DNA of 32,901 nt from assembly GCA_040143965.1 (NCBI GenBank), contig JASJQH010000079.1, positions 1-32,901 on the forward strand, given 5' to 3'. The notes beneath the pieces are model-generated. The model made no database searches. It had not been told where the DNA came from and saw only the letters and a list, made by a program, of their open reading frames with translations. Of the stretch, positions 1 through 16,542 are shown piece after piece. The stretch's first letter is position 1; each line of letters starts with the position of its first letter. Origin of the DNA: Basidiobolus ranarum. Taxonomy: Eukaryota. The translations under genes were made by a program, and so were the position numbers.

Positions 1-5092
<5,092 letters not shown>

Positions 5093-6229
5093 ACCTCTAC
5101 TCTAGTCTCTGGCATACAATTGACAGTCATAGTATTGTATTCAGAAAGTCCACTTAAACGTGGTGTTTTTTATGTCCAATTGTAGCACATATTTGTGCCC
5201 TGCTACAAGATAAACTATGTTCATCCCATGATGTCAGCAATGAAAGCTATTCTAAAGCCATGTCACTGCCAAGGCCAATACATGACCCGAGTTTAGTGAA
5301 TGATATATGATAGAATATGTTGGCGAGGGCGGTAATTCGTTCAGTCGCAATGTGGCCTAATAGTGAAAGTATTGTTAAATTAAATAATGAATAACTTGGC
5401 TGGTTGATCTCTGTTAATATAATAATTTGGCCTGCTGATCTCTGCTGATTTACTCGAGTGCCATTGGCTCACCAATGATCTTCAACGGCTGAAACTCCAT
5501 CCGAACATGAACTTTCAAATCCAATCGTTTATGAATTTAATTATGGATTCGATTTGCGCATCATTAGTATGAAAAACTGCCAAACGCAATCAAAAGTTTG
5601 CTTCATTATAATCAGAAATTTAATGAGTAACCGTTGGGTGCTTCGTACAAATTCCTCGATTGGTTCATCATGACCGCCCTCGCCATTTTGATAGAATAAA
5701 TGGTCTACAAAAAAATAGGGGCAAAAAGTAGTCACCTTATCAAACGAAGGTTGTACGTTTTCTGACTGTCGTTAACCCAGTAGTCTTTCCTCAAAGCTGT
5801 ATTCTTCGTTGGTGAAATAAAATATTTCACGCATACATACATCATATACATAGATAAATTTCGCTTCATACCTCCCTTCTGCAAACCGTATCAGAGTCTA
5901 CCTTTCTACCCTAAGATAGGACGTATACTTAGTCTTAATAGAACCTAACTCTATAATCCGTTTTCATTATAAATATCACTATATTCCTCTTTTTCTACCA
6001 CTAGCATTTGTGGTTTTCTTTCAGTACCTATTTTTCTCACTAGGAATCTACTAAAGGTGGATACTTGTGAGGTGTAAATACACCGATTATATTCCCGCAC
6101 AGTAGGCGTTGGATTTGATCAAAGTCTACGACCTCAACTTCATATTATCGCCGAATCTCCTACTCTCACTCAAACTAGGTCGAATTAAACTCCGTAAGGA
6201 CACTTTCTAACGACATATAACCTTTTCAA

Positions 6230-7069
6230 ATGGCTCCGTTACATCACTCTCCTCGAAGAAGCCATCGTACTCTGAGCCAAGGTGAATACTTAAACTCACG
6301 AGGAAATAATCAGGGAAATACAAACAATAACAATTCACTTATGGGAAGTCAAAATGTTCATCCTCAATTTCGAAGCAAAACTGTATGTGTCTTATCTTGC
6401 CGTTCTTGTCAAACTACAGTATGCCAGCGTGGAATGAAGGCCATACTATTAGCAGATACTAGAGTTGAGTTATACTCTACTGATTCTGTGCCATCTGGGT
6501 ATGTATTCTTGTCAAATCTCTTTTTATTTCAAAGTTTGTATCCAAATTGGAAATGAAATATGGACCCTGTTCATATTCATGGAATTTTTGGAGAATCTTT
6601 CTTAGTGGTGCTCTTGTTAATGTATTCTATAGAGTACAACGTGTAGGGCCTGAATATACAACGAACAATTGCCATTGCAAAATCCGAGATGTAGCTTGTC
6701 TAGGCTGGTAATTATCATCTCTATAGTCGTTTTGATTTTTCACTTATATAATGAAATATCTTCTAATGTACTGCCTCGATATATCTTTGCTATAGTGGAA
6801 ATGTCCTTGGATATAATGTTACAACTGCATGCTTCTCATGCTTAGCTGACTGTAATAACGGCCACTATTGGATGTTCTACTCCAGTGCAGTAGCAGCCTC
6901 TGAAAGAATTCACCCCAAAGGTAGGCATTTTAATGAACTAAACTAATTCCTAATAAAAGGTGAACTAACTCGAGTATTTTTAGATTCTCGCCCACTACTT
7001 TGGGCATTCCTGCCTACCGCTGAAGAAGAGTCCAAATTGTTGGATCCTGACGAATCCCCATGTCGTTAA
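6230..7069 (+). CDS. FAM72: FAM72-family Cys-rich protein, 4 exons (6230-6498, 6633-6707, 6796-6920, 6984-7069)
   Basis: Spliced product contains VCVLSCRSCQTTVCQRGMKAILLADTRVELYSTD, NCHCKIRDVACLGCGNVLGYNV, CFSCLADCNNGHYWMFYS, LLWAFLP and ends in PCR*. These match the FAM72 motifs. All introns are GT-AG. Confidence 0.9.
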
Positions 7070-8305
7070 GTTGAAGTTGTATAGAAAAATTGAACATATG
7101 AAGCTCTGTAGCCTGGATTACCTTTCACCTCTTACATATCACTGTCTCACAACCCACTTATTTGTTTGAAAATCCTCAAGATGGATATTGTCTTGACGGC
7201 TGATGAGAAAAACTTGTTATATATTGCAGCTTGAGACGACTGAGGAATATTATGGGTAAAGTAGATCTACATTTTCAATCCACCACAGATTAGGTTTGTC
7301 GGGGATTTTAAATTAGTGTCTACCTTACCCTCCTATCACATAGCTGTACTCATTCTAAGCTCCACTATTCTTCTCACAGTCCGACGCGAATTTGATTTTC
7401 CTTTCCGCTTCCCTTTCTAAATATCTTTTATTGTACAAAATCACAAAGAGATCCATCTGTTAAACCATGATCCCTAGAAGCGAATGAATATACAAATCAA
7501 ATGTACAAATGAAATGTACTTACCTACACTCGTGACTGCACAACTCATCTGAACAATGGTAGTAGTAGTCTTGAGGCTTGCACGATAAGCGTCGCATATG
7601 CTCGGAGATTCTCTTCCGATTTATCCTTCAGCCAAGTTCATGGCACCTTCCATTGCTTTCGATACAGTGAATTCAATCTAAATGTTATTAATTGTACGAG
7701 TTTCGTGGAGATTGCGGAAATTCTATTTTTGACTCCGTTTAGAGTGAAACATCTTTATATTATAGATCTTACTGAATCTACCTTTCGGAGGGTTCTTATT
7801 GGCCAACAGTGGGCATTGTTAAACAGGCTGCTCATAGCATATGGCCTGTACATGTTCGCTTCTCGTTACTACGGTGAGTTTCACGATCTAAGACGATCCA
7901 AATGAAGAGAACGTCAGTACTGAGATACCAGTTACTCAGTTTCTCCTAAATTATGATGACACTTTTTTGATTGCTTTACAATTAACATATAGACAGCTAT
8001 ACTGATTAATCTCTTCATCGGGATAATAAGAGAAGTTTAACCAATTATGTTCTACACTAGGAAAATAATCTTGCTTTTTAAAGCTAATGATTCTGTTTGA
8101 TTTAGATGACTGTTGTTTTTTCAATACTCCATTTTTAGACTCCTCCCTATATTAGCAGCTATTTTTGACTTTACTCGTGTTACAGTCCAACCTTCGCTCT
8201 TCTTCCTTACGTATTGACTTATTTTACCAAGTTGTAAGCATATACCCGCCCACTCTATATAGAAACTGTTTGTGTGCGGTTATCTGGGAGTAGATTCCTA
8301 AAAGT

Positions 8306-10553
8306 ATGCGGATTTTTTCCTTATATCAATATGTAGTTAGTATTTTCGCAACCCTGTGTATTTACTATGAAATTGCGGAAGCCTATCAGCCTCCCTCATC
8401 TTGTAATACTGACAAAGATTGTGTTGACTTAAGCATCGGTTTAAGCAGCCCGTCGGATGCTTCTGACTTTAAATCCACCCGTATTGGGGATTATATGTGT
8501 GTTCAGAAAAAGTGCCAATACATAGTAGCTGCTGGTGAGTAAACAGTTTATTTGGTGTTAGTCCTTTTTTATATTGTGTTTAGGAAAGAGACCATTGTAA
8601 ATTTTTATTCACACAATTATTTTATTAGGCGAATTATGTCGTGCTCCAGAGGAGTGTGCCTCGTATCAGAGCTACCTTCGTAATAACATGACTGCACCAC
8701 AAAACCTATGTTCGGCTAAATATTGTACTATTCAATCCACTTGCGACGGTGCTTGGACCTTACCTTATGCTCCAAACGGTTTAGAGAGCGGTTCTTGTTG
8801 TGGCGGAGTATTGTTAGACCAAAAGTGCTCTTTGTTATCCGGAGAAGTGAACTCATGTGAAGCAGGCTCTGGATGTGTTATTGAGAATAATGCAAGTACT
8901 CAGCAAAGAGGCGTAACGGTATCTGGAGTGTGCCAAGATATAAATGAAAAGCATTCAATTTGGATTGGCATTGTACTCGTATTGTTAGGCGGTACCACGC
9001 TAAACATAGGTCTGAACCTACAAAAGTTCGCTCTTAGAAAGAGTCAAGAGAAGAAAAAACTTCTAGAACAAAGCAATCATGAAAATCCACGCAACTCAGA
9101 AGACGTTAACCCACATCATACCATATTTCAAAAAATATCCCACTCATTGTCTAAAATCAACCCGGTATGTTTCTACTTGAGTGTCTCTTCGCTTTCATTA
9201 CTGGAATTCAAAACTAACCTCTTTTTTTGCAGGTATGGGTGGTGGGATTTGTTATTTATGTAGCGGCTAGTTTTCTCAACTTCATTGCGTTACAATTTGC
9301 GCCGCAATCGTTAGTGGCTCCTTTAGGGGCCATTTCGTTAGTTACCAACGTCGTAATTGCACCTATAATGAACAAAGAATCGCTTGGAAAGTTTGATATT
9401 ATCGGTGTGATAGTGATTATTGCCGGGTGTGTTTTGGTTGTTGTATTTTCAGGTGTTGTGGTTCAAGGTCAGTAGCGAACATTTCTCATTCAAATGTTGA
9501 CCAGATTCCGGATTGAAATTTACTTATTCTTTTACGTATAAAGATTACCGATTGTGTGTATTATTGAATTTATTCAGGCAGACTGCAACTATTGTATACC
9601 TTGTGCTCATATTTGGCTTCATAATCGTGGCTTTCTTTTACATCAAAATTATGGAGAAAAATATAGCCCCTGAGGATGTTGACACCCCCATGACCGTTCA
9701 ACCAGAACAACTTAGTTTGATCAATACAACTCAAACTCCGAAAGACAATCGTGTTAGCACATTGACATCTGCTGAAACTCTCAACGATGAAGGAATGCAA
9801 GGTATTCATAGCAATCTAAAAGTGACCAATAAAGGGGAACGAGAATCTATTATCGAATCTCATGACGGTCACGACAGTGAACATCCGATTTCCTCGGATG
9901 CATTCAGAGAACCGACAAATCCTCAAGAACCCAAGAAGCCCTGGGATCGATTACACCAACAATACCGAGCAATGTCGTTTATTCCAACATTACCAAAACC
10001 TATACCAAGATCTTCTTCAGCAGTACGCTTTGTACTCCCTTTGAGTTATGCATGTATTGGTGCTATGATGGCTACAATGACCACTTTATTCGCCAAGTCA
10101 TTGATCAACTTACTCTCCGTCTCAATCGTTCAAAAACAAAATCAGTTCACCAGTGGCCTTGCTTGGGTTATTTTGATAGTCACGATAATTACCGCATTTT
10201 CGCAGGTCTATTGGATCAACATGGGACTGCAGAGATATGACGCTATGCTACAAGTACCGGTCTTCTATGTCATCTGGTCAGTCTTCGATATCATCGGTGG
10301 AGGTAAGAGCACTTATTGACTAAAATACGATTACTTTGAACACTAACATGGTGCCATAAATTTAGGAATCTACTATAACGAATTCAAAGATTTCTCAGCA
10401 TTTCAGTATGGCATGTTCTGTCTTGGTGTATTGGTAATATTCAGTGGAGTAGCACTTCTATCCAAACGAATGTCTAAAATTACCAAAAAAGAAATTGAAT
10501 TTGAAAATGAACTACGTAACAATAGAGAAGCAGAGAGAGAATTAAACTCTTAA
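8306..10553 (+). CDS. NIPA-family (DMT superfamily) magnesium transporter with N-terminal signal peptide and Cys-rich extracellular region, 5 exons (8306-8534, 8629-9164, 9233-9467, 9544-10302, 10366-10553)
   Basis: NIPA motifs: IWIGIVLVLLGGTTLNIGLNLQKFALRK, WVVGFVIY..LNFIALQFAPQSLVAPLGAISLVTNVVIAPIMNKE, TTLFAKSL, QVYWINMGLQRYDAMLQVPVFYVIWS..IIGGGIYYNEF. The N-terminal exons splice in frame with GT-AG introns. Stop TAA at 10551-10553. Confidence 0.88.
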
Positions 10554-10938
10554 CATGACCTAGTGTAATCCCATCGAAATTATTATTACCATTAACTCAT
10601 TTTTCTTCCCACTTTTTCGTGAAATTTTCTTCATTTTTGGTGAACATATACTCCAGTTTCATTTCCGGCCTTGAATTTAACTTTTTTGTTTGTTGTTCAT
10701 TAGACAAGATGTACTTGTTTGCTCTCACCAATAATAGTAGGTGTACACTTAACACTTAATATCCTTGACTTCGATGTTAGGATATATTTGAAATACTCTG
10801 CATACAATAAAGCAAACAAATGGTTTGCCTTCAGAAACACTTTAGTTAATTTATTTATCTAATCTCGTTGCAGAAACCAAAGAAATGGGTATGGGTATCC
10901 ACTGTCAACAATAATTCCTAAGAAAATAAGGATTTTTA

Positions 10939-11289
10939 CTAAATAAGTTTCTCAAAATTAGAAGTTGGTCTTCCAATGGCAGCTTTTCCAGTGGTATTAT
11001 TGATCAGAATGGGACGTTGTAAAAGGTTTGGTTGTTCAGTGATAGAAAGAATGATCTGTTCTAGGTCTTGGTTATTTTCTACCTCGGAACGAATAAGTGA
11101 CGAATAGTCAGGGTTAAGTGCGAGACTGTTTGCAATCTTACGAAGGGAATCAGCAGAGGGTGGAGAATTCAGATATTCAATAATATCAACTTGTTCATCA
11201 AAATCGGTCAACCGTTGTTTTAACAGCTCAAGTCCTGCGCAGGACTTGCTACATGCTGGGTTATGATAGTAAGTAAACGCCTTTGACAT
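10939..11289 (-). CDS. arsC: ArsC-family (glutaredoxin-type/YfgD-like, thioredoxin-fold) arsenate reductase-like protein, intronless, 116 aa
   Basis: MSKAFTYYHNPACSKS..IIEYLNSPPS..LIRSE..QPNLLQRPIL..AAIGRP aligns by eye with the bacterial ArsC motifs HNPxC (catalytic Cys) and the Arg60/Arg94/Arg107 equivalents. The start at 11289 was chosen to match the bacterial N-terminus. Confidence 0.85.
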   Translation of the reverse strand: MSKAFTYYHNPACSKSCAGLELLKQRLTDFDEQVDIIEYLNSPPSADSLRKIANSLALNPDYSSLIRSEVENNQDLEQIILSITEQPNLLQRPILINNTTGKAAIGRPTSNFEKLI

Positions 11290-11572
11290 GATGATTCGTG
11301 AAAGTTGCATACAACAAGTGAAGCATGATACCACATAAAATGATGACGGTGGCTGATCTTTTTTTTACTTGGTAATCATATCAAATTACAAAACTGATGG
11401 AATTGGAGGAATTGGGGAGCTAAACTGTATAGTAATGTACAATAATAGCAATCCTTAACTAGTGTTATACTCAAATTAGCTGCACCAATGGGTGTCACAT
11501 AATCAATGGAACCATAGCTATCGCATTTCCTAGATTAAATATCCCAATGACACTGAAAAAAATATAGTGAAA

Positions 11573-11735
11573 GTGACGCGATTATTGATTTTGTTTTTAT
11601 TCGAGCGTGACGCGATAATTATGGTACTAGTAAGGCCAACCATTTTTGTTTTGGGATGTTTACAAATACCTACTTTCTAGATCGTTGATTGGTCAGTAGG
11701 ATGAACAAGGGAGGTTGACAGGGGGGATTCAAAAC
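11573..11735. promoter_or_regulatory. Putative cell-cycle promoter elements upstream of CDC20
   Basis: Exact 10-bp direct repeat GTGACGCGAT at 11573-11582 and 11607-11616 (MCB-like ACGCG core). Forkhead consensus TGTTTAC at 11657-11663, inverted CCAAT at ~11688-11692 and inverted TTTGAA at ~11728-11733. Confidence 0.45.
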
Positions 11736-11806
11736 ACTTAAGTGCGTTGTATCTTACCTTTTGTTATCGTACCATTGTTCACTCACTTCCATCACACATA
11801 TCCAAT

Positions 11807-13331
11807 ATGCCTGGAACACCTGTCAGAAGCGCTCCTTTTAGTCCACTGACCCCTAAGCAGGCACAACCACTCATCAACTATCTTAATTCTGGAAGAAAGA
11901 AAGCTCGCTCTCCCAGAGGAAAAACTCCCAAATCTTTATATCGTTCCTCTTCCTTTGAAGTAGTTGCGAAAGATTGGCTTGCCACTGGTACAACTCCTAA
12001 AAAAGGGAAAAAAATTCAAACTCATGTAAGTTACAACTTTAAAAGTTCTGTGAACTATTTACTTATATTTACCTTTACAGTATGATAGATTTATTCCAAA
12101 CCGTGAAGCTATGGATCTTTCCAATTCACAATTTCACATTGCTCATAAGGATATGACCAAGGAGCAAATGCTCGATAGTGCTGCATTAGCATACCAAGAG
12201 CAAGTGGCCAAAGCGTGTGGAATTGCTCTTGATAAAAGAATATTAGCCTTTAAAGGTGCCCCACCCACCAATGACAAAGAAGATTTACGTAAAATCTACA
12301 ATCGTCCCTTAAAGACGTCTGTATCTCAATTATCCAAACGGAAAATCTTGAATGCACCTGAAAGAGTTTTGGATGCTCCAGGACTTATCGATGATTATTA
12401 CTTGAATTTATTGGATTGGTCTTGTGCTAATATCGTAGCTATCGGACTGGATAAGAATATTTATCTTTGGAATGCCGATACTGGAGATGTTAGTGGATTG
12501 TGTGAAACTGCTTCTTCAGATTTGATCACCTCTTTATCCTGGTCAAATGATGGTGCGTATCTCGCTGTTGGTACTGATGAAGGAGACACACAGATCTGGG
12601 ATATCGAGTCAAGCACTAAGATTCGTTCTATGCCTGGCCATCTTGCCAGAGTTGGTGTTCTTTCTTGGGATAAACACATGTTATCTTCAGGTTGCCGTGA
12701 CGGTAGTATCTGGAATCATGATGTTAGAATTGCCAATCACAAAACCGCCGAACTTCTAGCACATACCTCAGAAGTATGTGGTCTGAAATGGAGATCCGAT
12801 GGTACTCAACTTGCCAGTGGAGGAAATGATAATTTAGTAAATATTTGGGACGCAAGATCAAGTGTACCTAAATTCACTAAGCACAACCATACTGCAGCAG
12901 TCAAAGCTCTCGCTTGGTGTCCTTGGCAACCCAATCTACTCGCCACTGGTGGCGGTTCCAATGATCGTCATATTCATTTCTGGAACACAACCACCGCCGC
13001 TCGGTTGAATTCTATCGACACTGGGTCTCAAGTAACTTCGTTGATTTGGTCTCCCGAATATAAAGAAATCATGTCATCCCATGGATTCCCAGACAATCAC
13101 ATCTCCATATGGAACTACCCATCACTATCCAAGGTGATAGATATTCCCGCTCACGAAACCAGAGTTTTACATACTGCATTGAGTCCCGATGGACAAACAG
13201 TTGCTAGTGTTGCTAGTGATGAGAATCTCAAATTCTGGAAGGTATTCGAAAGCTCTGGTAAGGGAACTAAATCCATACGTAAGGAGAAAGCCTCGGAATC
13301 ATTTGGTTATTCTGGAATGACTATTCGTTAA
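11807..13331 (+). CDS. CDC20: APC/C activator Cdc20/Slp1/Fizzy, 2 exons (11807-12025, 12081-13331)
   Basis: C-box DRFIPNR immediately after the intron, RILAFK (KILR/Mad2-binding-like) motif, ERVLDAPGLIDDYYLNLLDWS, WD40 propeller, C-terminal IR tail (MTIR*), and N-terminal TP/SP CDK sites. Confidence 0.96.
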
Positions 13332-14403
13332 ATAACTCATTTATCTATCACTACATGTACTTTCATCATCCTACCTTGTCAAATATATCCACTACTTATC
13401 CGATCCCAAGCGCATTTTTGTGTAGAAATATTTCTATCCTATCCTATTTACATAATAAATATATATTGGAATAATATAAAGCTCATTGATTAATCAGAAA
13501 TTCATTCTGATATTCAGGTGGAATCACCAATGTGAGTAATATCAATATCTTGAGTGGAATTAATCACTAATCCTTTCAAAAACGATGTAGGACAGTGATT
13601 TTCAGGTTATTGATGATATTGAGGTCAACTCGCACTTATCTTTCTCAAGATGTGAGAAAATCAAATGATCTCTCAGAAATGGTGATTATCTATCCATCGT
13701 TAATTTAGATCAAGTCTGACTGGGAGAAGGAGGGGGATATGGGGGTATGACTATGAGATATAGGGTGAGTTTTGATTATCTTCCCCAGTGCGGAGTTAGT
13801 AGGAAAAGGGTGTACGCCACATCAACATGGTAGTTACCCTGCTTATTATCGATATGATTGGACCAACGCTAAGTGGCAATTGGTGGCAAATCATCTATCA
13901 ACGAATGGTGGTAATGACTTGCTAGGAAAAATCCCAATTGCCCAAAAACCGGACTCTACAAGTTCAATTTCAATGAGAAATGTGGCATTGAAAGTGTTTA
14001 GCGGATATACAATGTTGTACACAAACTATTGTTGAGGAGGCCTAGTAATTTCGTCCTTTAACCATCAATTATCCGGATGATCAGTATCGTATCTGCATCA
14101 ACATCTCCATCTTCATCTTGAGAGAGAATTAGCCGAGCTTGATGTAAGATCCCTAACAACCATTCATCATAAATTCCTGTGCTAACCTTAGTAGACATAA
14201 ACCATTTAAGCCACATTACTTTGTATTTGAAGGTAGCATTTGTACTTGTACCCCCGGTATTTTCCATGAATGGATTGAGGGCGCTGATTTGCTGAAATCG
14301 AATATTCAGCCATCCGATCATATAAATATCGATAAAAAAATTCGGTTTCGTTGCAAACTTAACAGTGTCATTATCTTCAATTTGATACCTTCCTTCATAC
14401 ACT

Positions 14404-16038
14404 ATGTCTGCTATTAGAAGAGCCCCCGTATTATTAAGAACTTGCCCTAGAAGCGGTTTAAACGCAGCTCGTGTAGTTCCCGCCATTCACGCCACCAAAA
14501 CTGCCCTCAAGTCAGCTAGACATTTATCTACTATCACGTAAGTATTATTAGAGTTTGAAATATTCTATGGTTACGATAGAAAGCAAATAGAAAAGAAGTT
14601 TACTTGAAGTTATTCTTATTTTCATAATATTGATTATTTTGCTTCAATCTAGTCCAACAACCCGCATTTTACGTTCTACTGTTCCTTCCTCCATTCGTTC
14701 CGTCTTGGTTCGTGCTTATAGCTCTGATGGTGGGTGATATATGGAATTTTATCGATAATTTTTACCTCACATACTAATATTTTCTTAGCTCTTCCTGCTC
14801 ATACCAAGATTAATATGCCCGCTCTTTCTCCTACCATGACTGCTGGTAACATTGGTGTCTGGCGTAAGCAAATTGGTGATGAAATTGTCCCAGGTGATGT
14901 CTTAGTTGAGATTGAAACTGATAAAGCTCAAATGGATTTTGAATGCCAAGATGAAGGATATTTGGCCAAGATCATCATTGATAGCGGTGCTAAGGATATT
15001 TCCATTAACACTCCCATTGCTATCATGGTGGAGAATAAGGAAGATGTGGATAAATTCAAGGATTATGTTGTTGAGGAGGATACTCCTGCCCCCGTTGCTG
15101 AATCTAAGCCAGAGGAACCTAAAGCTCAAGAGAAATCTACCTCTACTCCTACCACTACTGCCTCCGCCCCATCTACCGACCGTATCTTCGCCAGTCCTTT
15201 AGCCAAAAAGTTGGCCAAGGAGGGAAGTATTGAATTATCTGAGGTCAAAGGATCTGGTCCTCACGGTAGAATTGTAAAGGCTGATATTGATGGATTTGTT
15301 CCATCTGCTGCTCCTCAAACCGCCACATCTGATGTCGCTTCCGGAAATTACACCGACATTCCTGTCAGCAACATGAGAAAGGTGATTGCCGGTAGATTGA
15401 CTGAATCCAAACAAACCATTCCTCATTACTACTTGACTAGTGAAGTTAACATGGATAAAGTCCTTAAATTACGTGAAGTTCTTAACAGCCAAGCTAATGA
15501 TCAATACAAACTCTCAGTTAATGATTTCGTCGTCAAGGCTTCTGCTTCAGCTCTCAAGGAAATTCCTGAGGTTAATAGCGCTTGGTATGGTGATTTCATC
15601 AGACAATTTAACGCTGCTGATATCTCCATTGCCACCGCTACTCCCTCAGGTTTGATCACTCCTATCGTTCAAAACGCTGATACTAGAGGTTTGGTCTCCA
15701 TCTCCAAGACCGTTAAGGAATTGGCTAACAAGGCTAGAAATAACGAATTGAAGCCCCAAGAATACCAAGGTGGCAGCTTCACCATCTCCAACTTGGGAAT
15801 GTTTGGTATTAACTCATTCACCGCCATTATTAACCCACCACAATCATGCATCCTTGCAGTCGGTGCCACTCAAAAGAAGATCATCCCCGATTCTAGCAAA
15901 GAATCCGGATTCGCAGTTGGTAATGTAATGAACGTTACCTTATCTTGTGATCATCGTGTTGTTGACGGTGCCGTTGGTGCTCAATGGTTAAAGGCATTCA
16001 AAGCATACCTTGAAAACCCATTGAAGATGCTCTTGTAA
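14404..16038 (+). CDS. LAT1: Pyruvate dehydrogenase E2, dihydrolipoamide acetyltransferase, mitochondrial; 3 exons (14404-14537, 14653-14729, 14789-16038)
   Basis: Arg/Ser-rich presequence (MSAIRRAPVLLRTCPRS..VRAYSS), lipoyl domain MPALSPTM..VEIETDKAQMDFE, E3-binding domain ASPLAKKLA..GSGPHGRIVKADI, and catalytic DHRVVDGA. Confidence 0.97.
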
Positions 16039-16542
16039 TTTCATATAATTCACATGTTATATGCTCCAAAATTAGTCCTCATTATTCCAATTCCATACTC
16101 ACTTTCACCTTTCCATCAGTAATATTTTTCTTTATTCTCCAAGGGTAACCTCTTTTTCTAAAAAACTAAACTTATTTCCTGTTCTTGAAATTGCCTGCAT
16201 TATTCCCTTACCATGTTCATTAGAGTCATGTTAATTTCATTAAATAAAATCCCATTTGCATCGAAGTTTATTAAGCAACATTTAATCTTTGCCATTCAAT
16301 CTGTGAGCACTCTCCAAAGAATATAGTATATTACTTCCTATTATAGTGCGTATAGTGAATGTATAAACTTTTTGGCAGTAGATAGGAAAATTGTATACAG
16401 AAAATAAAATTAAGATTAAGTTAAGAAATAAATCTTGGATTCTATAAATATTTAGTCCCGAATCTATTAGAACTTGGAGTTGCTAAACTCCACTAGTTTG
16501 TTCTCATGGAGGAAGAGATACACCTCGAAATGATAGCGAATC

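Noticed and set aside
7953-8005. Plus-strand ATGATGA...CTGA box C/D pair
   Set aside because: Only ~53 nt with a weak terminal stem, and I could not recognise an rRNA-complementary guide.
10760-10767. ATATCCTT U12-type donor-like sequence (similar hits near 21409 and 21494)
   Set aside because: All lie outside coding regions, and none is needed to build a gene model.
13772-14035. 87-aa plus-strand ORF between CDC20 and LAT1
   Set aside because: Non-ATG start, no homology recognised, lies in CCAAT-rich promoter-like sequence.
14058-14486. 142-aa minus-strand ORF
   Set aside because: Overlaps LAT1 exon 1 and promoter in antisense; no recognisable motifs.
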